Shown in pieces: positions 57,486 to 64,000 of a DNA stretch of 64,000 nt. This DNA is from a virus: the IMG/VR virus record IMGVR_UViG_3300025849_000009; one strand, given 5' to 3'. Below the pieces are notes generated by a model. The model was given only the letters and a program-made list of their open reading frames with translations. It had not been told where the DNA came from and made no database searches. Numbering within the stretch: position 1 is the first letter of the stretch; every line of letters starts with the position of its first letter. The translations under genes and the position numbers were made by a program.

Positions 57486-57571
57486 GAATGATTTATTCTT
57501 TTTTACGTTATATTATATATCTTGTTAATGTACCAACTTTTTAGTCCCTGGAAGAAACTAACAAAAAAACA

Positions 57572-58177
57572 TTATTTTTTATTAGTTAATAATGACATAA
57601 AATTAAGATGTTGTTTTAATATATCTAATTTTGAGTCATTGTTTGTTGTTTTATACCAGTTCCACGGTGTTGAATTTAATATATTTTCTTGTTTATTTTT
57701 TAGTTTTAATATACTTTCTTCTATAGATCTAATTTGATCATATGCCGAAGAAGGTAATTCTATTTCTAATTTAATTGCACATGTTATTAAACTTGCCCAA
57801 TCTTCAGTTTCATTGGCATCTACCAAATCCTCATATATCTTTTTATATTTATCTTTTTTATCATGTGAAATGTCATGTGTTAATTTATCAGGGTGACACT
57901 TTATGACCGATTTTCTAAATAATTTTTTAAAATCTGGGTGTTTATTAGTTTCTTTTTCTAAATCTTCCTCTTCTTTCTTACTATTTGCCCATGAATCAGC
58001 AGCATTTTCCATTTCTTCAGATTCTAATATACCATCATTATCAATTTCTGAAAGTTCTTGCATAAATTTATTTTTTATTTCAGAATTAGCAGTTTTTATA
58101 TCTTCTAAATCTTCTAATAAAAATTCATACTCTCTAATTAATCTTTTAAAAATTATTTTGTTAGGATCAATAGACAT
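57572..58177 (-). CDS. Coiled-coil protein with internal J domain
   Basis: 'FKKLFRKSVIKCHPDKL' HPD motif. Confidence 0.75.
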   Translation of the reverse strand: MSIDPNKIIFKRLIREYEFLLEDLEDIKTANSEIKNKFMQELSEIDNDGILESEEMENAADSWANSKKEEEDLEKETNKHPDFKKLFRKSVIKCHPDKLTHDISHDKKDKYKKIYEDLVDANETEDWASLITCAIKLEIELPSSAYDQIRSIEESILKLKNKQENILNSTPWNWYKTTNNDSKLDILKQHLNFMSLLTNKK

Positions 58178-58180
58178 ATA

Positions 58181-59392
58181 TTACTTATATAGATTTGTTT
58201 TCCAATCATATGTAGATCTTAGTTTATGATCCTTAATTCCCATTGTGGTTTCAATTAATTGTTTATATGTTTCTATTAAACCCTCGTTAAATACAGTATA
58301 TCTAGTTAAAACCCTTTCGCTATTTTCATTATATGCTTCTATGTTATTGTCATGATTTTCGATAGCCTGTTTAAGTTGTCGAGAACCCTGTCCAATTAAG
58401 TTACCATCATAATAATATCCGGCGTCCTTAATCATGTGTGCGTTATGTACTAGTGGAAACTGTAAATAGAGTGCGTCTAAGTATGAATAATTTAATGGAT
58501 TAGTATGTTGGTGTGCAATAACTACATCTGTTAATTGGGCCATAGCATCAATAGCTCTTAGTCTAGGGAGGTATGATAATTTATGATCTGTTGTTCCAGA
58601 TAATTTACATAATGAAAGGTGTGTTAATAAAGATTGATAATATTTGTTTTTTATAATGTCTTCACCACACATGATATTTAGTTTTTTAAATTTACCTCCT
58701 TTATTATAATAATCTTCTGCTATCAATAAATTTATAAAGTGCCATTTTTGTGTGCCAATATTGGGTTCAAAACATGCAATTTGTTTGTCTTTATTTTCTT
58801 TTCCAGGAACATACACTGGAACTGGTCTGTTTTCAATTATTGTCTTTGGATTATTATACACTTCACATGTTTTGTCTAAAAATACAGGATCCCATACAAA
58901 AGGAACGGGTCTTACTTTATTTACTGGTAAATTATGCATTACTCTATAATATTCAATATTATTTTCGCCCTGTTGTGGAACATACCACGCTTCGTCCAAT
59001 AATTGATTATATCCGGTAGCATCAGGTCCAATATTAAACATAGCACCCTCTAAATCATTCAGATAATTATTACCACAAATATATTTGACTACTTTTTTAC
59101 CATAACCTGTTTTCTTAAACTCCTCTATAGTTTTATCGCCGTAAGTTGCACCCAACCAAATCATAAGATCTGTATCTGCATACTTGTCATAGTAATCGTA
59201 TATTGGGAATTGTTCAATATCCCATGTTACTTTGTTCTCATAAGGAGCTTTGACTTCACTTGCATTTAATATGTATACATTATATCCTATTTCTTTCAAA
59301 GCTTTTAATAAATAAAGCGCATTTAGTTTTATACCATTTATCCAAAGACTTTCATTCTCTGATCCTAAACTTATAGTAATTCCTATATTCAT
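58181..59392 (-). CDS. DUF2827-like putative glycosyltransferase
   Basis: 'IGITI....SLW.NGI..N', 'CGNNY', 'VPFVWDP.FL', 'FEPNI...K', 'HQHTNPLNY.Y.DALY..FPLVHN'. Confidence 0.75.
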   Translation of the reverse strand: MNIGITISLGSENESLWINGIKLNALYLLKALKEIGYNVYILNASEVKAPYENKVTWDIEQFPIYDYYDKYADTDLMIWLGATYGDKTIEEFKKTGYGKKVVKYICGNNYLNDLEGAMFNIGPDATGYNQLLDEAWYVPQQGENNIEYYRVMHNLPVNKVRPVPFVWDPVFLDKTCEVYNNPKTIIENRPVPVYVPGKENKDKQIACFEPNIGTQKWHFINLLIAEDYYNKGGKFKKLNIMCGEDIIKNKYYQSLLTHLSLCKLSGTTDHKLSYLPRLRAIDAMAQLTDVVIAHQHTNPLNYSYLDALYLQFPLVHNAHMIKDAGYYYDGNLIGQGSRQLKQAIENHDNNIEAYNENSERVLTRYTVFNEGLIETYKQLIETTMGIKDHKLRSTYDWKTNLYK

Positions 59393-59429
59393 GTTGATAT
59401 TTGGTTTTTATTATATATTAGATTTAATT

Positions 59430-59459
59430 AAAAAGGCCCGCCCGATTGGGCGAGCCTTT
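59430..59459 (-). terminator. Intrinsic terminator
   Basis: AAAGGCTCGCCC-AATC-GGGCGGGCCTTTTT. Confidence 0.85.
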
Positions 59460-59499
59460 AAAAAATTAATACTTAAATTAAGTATTGTAGATTGAGTTA

Positions 59500-60738
59500 T
59501 TACTCAGCAACACCTCTAACGATAATGTCATCAGTGTTTTCTAAGTCATAACCTAAACCAGAAACTGTGAAGTTTTCGCCATCAGTAGTCGTGTAATCTG
59601 TAATCTGTAAACCGTTAACGAATACTAAGATATCGTCATTGTCTAAGTCGATTTCAGTTGCAACGCTAAACGTAGTTGAAGTACCAAATGTTGCAGTTTG
59701 CTCAAGCTTATCAGTTCCAGCAAGACTAGAAATTTCACCTCTTAATACAGATAAGATGCTAGTTTCTCTTCCGTCTGTGTAAGTGTTAGCATTTGTTTGA
59801 GCAGCAGATTGTGCAGCGTTAGCTTTTGATGTTGCATCAGCGGCAGCAGTAGCTACAGCGTCAGATTCAGCAACGTCAGCGTAAGACTTTGCAGAAGAAA
59901 GAACGATTCCATCTAATCTTCCTGCTTCAGACTCAGCATCTAACTCAGCTTGATCAGCATAAACCTTAGCAGAGCTTAATGCAGTTGCAGCAGAACCAAC
60001 AGCATCGTAGTTACTAGCTAAACCATCAGCATAGCTTTCAGCAGCAGCTTCTGCAGCGTTAGCTTTTGATGTTGCGTCAGCGGCAGCAGTAGCTACAGCG
60101 TCAGATTCAGCAACGTCAGCGTAAGACTTAGCAGAGCTTAATACTACAGCATCTGCAGAAACTGCAGTTGAAATTGCAGTAGAATCACCTGTTGAAATTG
60201 CAGCAGATAATCCGTCTACATCACTAGTGTCTAATCCATCTACGAAAGTCTTAATCTCAGCAAATGTATCCAACGTAGAGTCAGAATCCAATAATAATGC
60301 ATCAATTCTATCTTTTTGTAAGTCAGAGTGAGACTGTGCAGAAGAAAGAACGATTGCATCCAATCTTCCTGCTTCAGATTCAGCATCTAACTCAGCTTGA
60401 TCAGCATAAGACTTAGCAGAGCTTAATGCAGTTGCAGCAGCGCCAGCAGCATCATAGTTACCAGCTAAACCATCAGCATACCCTTCAGCAGCAGATTGTG
60501 CAGCGTTAGCTTTTGATGTTGCATCAGCGGCAGCAGTAGCTACAGCGTCAGATTCAGCAACGTCAGCATAAGACTTAGCAGAGCTTAACAATACAACATC
60601 TGCAGAAACTGCAGTTGAAATTGCTTCAGACTTTGCGACTGAAATACCCGTTACGGTACCTGTTCCGATTGCTCCGTCATGTACAGCCGCAACTGCAGAT
60701 ACGAAATCAGAAATTTGTTTTACTTTTAATTGTGCCAT
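59500..60738 (-). CDS. Ala-rich coiled-coil fibre with internal repeats
   Basis: Three copies of LSSAKSYADVAESDAVATAAADATSKANAA; 'LDTFAEI' fibre motif; C-terminal VFVNG domain. Confidence 0.8.
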   Translation of the reverse strand: MAQLKVKQISDFVSAVAAVHDGAIGTGTVTGISVAKSEAISTAVSADVVLLSSAKSYADVAESDAVATAAADATSKANAAQSAAEGYADGLAGNYDAAGAAATALSSAKSYADQAELDAESEAGRLDAIVLSSAQSHSDLQKDRIDALLLDSDSTLDTFAEIKTFVDGLDTSDVDGLSAAISTGDSTAISTAVSADAVVLSSAKSYADVAESDAVATAAADATSKANAAEAAAESYADGLASNYDAVGSAATALSSAKVYADQAELDAESEAGRLDGIVLSSAKSYADVAESDAVATAAADATSKANAAQSAAQTNANTYTDGRETSILSVLRGEISSLAGTDKLEQTATFGTSTTFSVATEIDLDNDDILVFVNGLQITDYTTTDGENFTVSGLGYDLENTDDIIVRGVAE

Positions 60739-60796
60739 GTTTTATATATGTTATTTTTAGGCCTAAGGACATTATTGTCCTCTTGATATTATATAT

Positions 60797-60837
60797 AAAA
60801 AATGCCGAACATTTTACGTCATGCTCGGCATCTTTTT
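60797..60837 (-). terminator. Intrinsic terminator
   Basis: ATGCCGAGCAT-loop-ATGTTCGGCAT plus T-run. Confidence 0.75.
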
Positions 60838-60866
60838 AAGTTTTTTTTATATTAATTTATATTATA

Positions 60867-62741
60867 TTAATCTAAACTTGATTTTTCGTATCCAACATCG
60901 ATATCATCTGTTGCATCTAATTCATAACCTGCAATTGAGCCGTTCCAATAAAGAGTATCTCCGGCTGCAATGTCTTTAATTAATCTTGCAGATGTTCCAC
61001 CGTCATTTGAAAAATAAGATGCTTCTGATTTAACTCCGTCACCTAGATTAATTTCCATGCCATTTACTTTAATAGTTACTACTGAATCATCAAATGGTGT
61101 ATATGTTATATTAATTCCTGTTGAATCACCATCATTAGCTGTAACATTAGATATTTTATTTAAATCTGTAGATGTGCTAACACCACGTGCAGTTGTTCCA
61201 CCGCCACTTGATTCAATTAATAATAAATAAGGAACTCTACCTGAATTTGAAGAAACCGCTCCATTAGAATTAATCCATCCACCAGTAATTGGTGAACCTG
61301 TAATTTCAATTGGACCACCAGCTGCTCTATTCAAAGTTAAAACTGGAGCACCAACTGTAGCTGACATTCCAATTCCTGTCCACGATGCAGTTCCTACAAC
61401 ATTATTACCAAACGCTGCTGGATTTACATTAGTTAAAACAACTTGAGTAGCTGATCCCTTTGTTGAGATTTTTACAGTTTGCCCATCGTATGCAGACATA
61501 GTTACTAGTCCAGCTTCAAGATCTAAACCACCTGCATTAATAGCCGCTTGAAATTTAGCTAATATTGCCGTTGGAGAAATAACATCATAAACATCTCCTA
61601 AATTTAATGTATCGTCCGGATTATCAAATAAAATAGTTTGTGGTGGATTTACACCATCGCCTATTGTAATTTCACCAATTGCAGGTGTATCACCTTGTTT
61701 ACCCGTTACAATATAAGAATCACTTACACTATAATAATCGTTAGATGCATAGTTAGGTTCTATATCACCTCCTTGAATACTTACTGGAGTTGCTGATGCA
61801 GTCGCAGTAACATCTAATCCAAGATTATTAATATTTGTTTTAAAGTCATTAATAGAAGTTACGCTATCTCCATTAGGACCGTCATGTACAGTAGTACCAT
61901 TAATAATAACAACATCGCTAGATCCTGGTAATGCAGTTCCTACTATTTTAGAAGAAGCTATTTTATTATTCAATTGTAAATAACTTGCTTTGCCACCCGC
62001 AACTGTTGTGATTTCACCTGGATTATTTAAGTCTGTATAATAAATAGAACCCGGTGAACCTGTTAATGCTTCTGGATTTTTATAATTTCTAATAATATCA
62101 TTAAATGGTTTTACGAATACATCTTTACCACTTCTAATACTGTCTAATACTGTACCTATTTTTTGATTTATAGCACCAACTGCTCCGAATTTTACTAAAT
62201 CTCCACTTGTATTAATTGTTATTACATCACCTTTGTCAACAGAAGGTGCAGAAGTATGTGAAAATTTAACTCTATCATCGGCCTCGTTTACAACAAATCT
62301 ACTTTGTACTTTATCTAAACCACCTGCAGCAAATGCACTAGTATCAGTAATGATTGCTTCTCCTTCAGAATTATTACTAAATACAATAATACCTCCACCT
62401 TGTGCGAAAGAATTAATATTATTTAATCTAAAAGATAACATATCTACATCTTCTGCAATTAATTCTACAATACCTTCGGTTTTGGCTGAGATTGATTTAA
62501 TTCTTAAGATCGTTTGACCTTGAGCATCTGATATCCACATTCCTTCAGAAACGTCGATGCCGTTATATTCGTTTGCTTTTCTAGAGGAACCATCTCCAGT
62601 TGATTGTGCATTTACAGAAATCGTTATGTTATAAGTTTGATTCTGTAAAGACATTCCTGTTCCATCGTTTTCTCCGTAAGCCAATTGGCCACTAATCGTG
62701 GATACAGTTCCATTTAAGGTTATTGGTGTAAATGTTGACAT
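60867..62741 (-). CDS. Putative virion structural/decoration protein
   Basis: 624 aa, G/S/T-rich beta composition; C-terminal 'KVNG...GYELDATDDI.V' domain. Confidence 0.6.
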   Translation of the reverse strand: MSTFTPITLNGTVSTISGQLAYGENDGTGMSLQNQTYNITISVNAQSTGDGSSRKANEYNGIDVSEGMWISDAQGQTILRIKSISAKTEGIVELIAEDVDMLSFRLNNINSFAQGGGIIVFSNNSEGEAIITDTSAFAAGGLDKVQSRFVVNEADDRVKFSHTSAPSVDKGDVITINTSGDLVKFGAVGAINQKIGTVLDSIRSGKDVFVKPFNDIIRNYKNPEALTGSPGSIYYTDLNNPGEITTVAGGKASYLQLNNKIASSKIVGTALPGSSDVVIINGTTVHDGPNGDSVTSINDFKTNINNLGLDVTATASATPVSIQGGDIEPNYASNDYYSVSDSYIVTGKQGDTPAIGEITIGDGVNPPQTILFDNPDDTLNLGDVYDVISPTAILAKFQAAINAGGLDLEAGLVTMSAYDGQTVKISTKGSATQVVLTNVNPAAFGNNVVGTASWTGIGMSATVGAPVLTLNRAAGGPIEITGSPITGGWINSNGAVSSNSGRVPYLLLIESSGGGTTARGVSTSTDLNKISNVTANDGDSTGINITYTPFDDSVVTIKVNGMEINLGDGVKSEASYFSNDGGTSARLIKDIAAGDTLYWNGSIAGYELDATDDIDVGYEKSSLD

Positions 62742-62765
62742 AGTTTGCTTTCTATATTATTATTT

Positions 62766-62783
62766 GGGCGACCGAAGTCGCCC
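62766..62783 (-). other. Intercistronic cUUCGg hairpin
   Basis: GGGCGAC-TTCG-GTCGCCC on the - strand with no downstream T-run. Confidence 0.7.
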
Positions 62784-62796
62784 TTAGTTTGGTTTA

Positions 62797-64000
62797 TTAA
62801 AATTTAAATATTATAAATGCGTGAGCTTCTTTAGTTGTTTGACCGAATCCACCAGCATTTCTTACTGCATCGATATTACCCATACCTAAATCTAATTTAA
62901 TTTTAGCTGCACTAAAGTTAGTGAATAAATCAGTTGTAACTTGATTACCAATACTAAAACTAGATGAGTGCGCAGATTCTGTAATACCCTGTGCATAGAA
63001 TGATGCGTTGTTACCACCACCGTCTAAATGTGTTATAACATATCTTGAATTGTTGGCTTGATATGCATATACAAGGATTGCTTTCGGTGGTTGATTTTGA
63101 CCACTGAATGAAAATTCTTGATTATCACCAGCACGTGTTCCTATAGATGCGTTAGATGTTTCAAATACACCTGATCCACTTGGATCGATAAATTCACACC
63201 CACCTAAAGCTTGCGATGCAGTGTATTCTGCTCTTACACAATAATAAGTTCCACCTGATCCAGTTGCAACGTCTGACCATTCAACTGCGTAATCAACATT
63301 TGAAGATTTAACAAGTGCTTGACCCGTTGTTCCTCCTCCTGCAATTCCAGATCCATTTGCTCCAGCTGCTCCTTCCGGCCCCTGTGGTCCTTCCGGTCCT
63401 TGCGGTCCGGTGGCTCCATTAGCTCCGTCAACTCCATCAATACCTGAAGTTCCGGCGTCACCTTGATCACCTTTAACTCCATTGATTCCAGATGTTCCAT
63501 TAACTCCTGAAGTTCCATTTGTTCCTGAAGTTCCGGCGTCACCTTGATCACCTTTAGCTCCATCAACTCCTGAAGTTCCATCAACTCCTGATGTTCCATC
63601 GTTTCCATCAACTCCTGAAGTTCCATTTGTTCCTGAAGAACCATCTGTTCCTGAAGTTCCAGCGTCACCTTGATCACCTTTAGCTCCGTCAACTCCTGAA
63701 GTTCCATCGTTTCCATCAACTCCTGAAGTTCCATTAACTCCTGAAGTTCCATTTGTTCCTGAAGTTCCAGCGTCACCTTGATCACCTTTAGCTCCATCAA
63801 TTCCAGATGTTCCGTCAACTCCTGAAGTTCCAGCATCACCTTGATCACCTTTAGCTCCATTAATTCCTGAAGTTCCAGCGTCACCTTGATCACCTTTAGC
63901 TCCATCAACTCCTGAAGTTCCATTTGTTCCTGAAGTTCCAGAAAGTCCTGAAGTTCCGTCGCTTCCGTCAACTCCATCAATACCTGAAGTTCCATCAACT
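62797..64000 (-). CDS. Collagen-like fibre, C-terminal part (starts beyond window)
   Basis: Frame reads ...VDGTSGIDG...GAKGDQGDAGTSG...GPQGPEG, then a globular C-domain ending AHAFIIFKF* (stop 62797-62799); not in ORF track. Confidence 0.85.
   Translation of the reverse strand, partial: VDGTSGIDGVDGSDGTSGLSGTSGTNGTSGVDGAKGDQGDAGTSGINGAKGDQGDAGTSGVDGTSGIDGAKGDQGDAGTSGTNGTSGVNGTSGVDGNDGTSGVDGAKGDQGDAGTSGTDGSSGTNGTSGVDGNDGTSGVDGTSGVDGAKGDQGDAGTSGTNGTSGVNGTSGINGVKGDQGDAGTSGIDGVDGANGATGPQGPEGPQGPEGAAGANGSGIAGGGTTGQALVKSSNVDYAVEWSDVATGSGGTYYCVRAEYTASQALGGCEFIDPSGSGVFETSNASIGTRAGDNQEFSFSGQNQPPKAILVYAYQANNSRYVITHLDGGGNNASFYAQGITESAHSSSFSIGNQVTTDLFTNFSAAKIKLDLGMGNIDAVRNAGGFGQTTKEAHAFIIFKF

Noticed and set aside
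55187-63998. 'MELQEL' repeat ORFs (55187, 55811, 56687, 63234) and + strand 'VPEVP' ORFs
   Set aside because: Frame-shifted or antisense readings of the collagen GTS/GTD repeats; the real frame at the window end is the collagen with its stop at 62797.
1-64000. Alternative genetic code, tRNA genes, integrase or transposase
   Set aside because: Recognisable genes are full length in code 11 with dense packing. No cloverleaf or recombinase motifs were seen by eye; a tRNAscan run would be needed to exclude tRNAs.

Overview
This 64-kb, AT-rich window comes from a large T4-like (myovirus-type, probably jumbo) phage. Essentially all real genes are on the - strand, in standard code. The host is probably Bacteroidota/Flavobacteriia, judging by Bacteroidota-type bS1 and bS21, no obvious Shine-Dalgarno use and TAnnTTTG-like early promoters. 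Layout: (1) 1-20.4 kb, baseplate/neck/spike genes interrupted by an amidoligase and a 4-domain ribosomal protein S1. (2) 20.4-26 kb, hypotheticals, a lipoprotein, a DinG-like helicase and dCMP deaminase. (3) 26-31.6 kb, putative capsid-internal proteins with a T4 CTS-like N-terminus. (4) 31.7-45 kb, small early/auxiliary genes (uvsE, HAD phosphatases, rnhB, phoH, rpsU, DnaJ, Hsp20, UVR-motif paralogs, exonuclease, ATP-grasp). (5) 45-64 kb, a fibre and glycosylation locus. The main discovery is in (5). Two adjacent Thr/Ser-repeat proteins (940 aa and 1116 aa) are residue-by-residue antiparallel complements of each other. In a constant register i+j=928 over about 870 residues, aromatic residues of one face K/R/Q/H of the other, with Q:W and H:Y as near-exclusive pairs. 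This suggests a 'base-paired' two-chain beta-ribbon fibre with a Hint domain at the tip. Next to these genes are collagen-like fibres, a COLGALT-like GT25 fused to a PLOD-like lysyl hydroxylase, and three more GT-B enzymes. All family assignments are by motif recognition; no searches were run.
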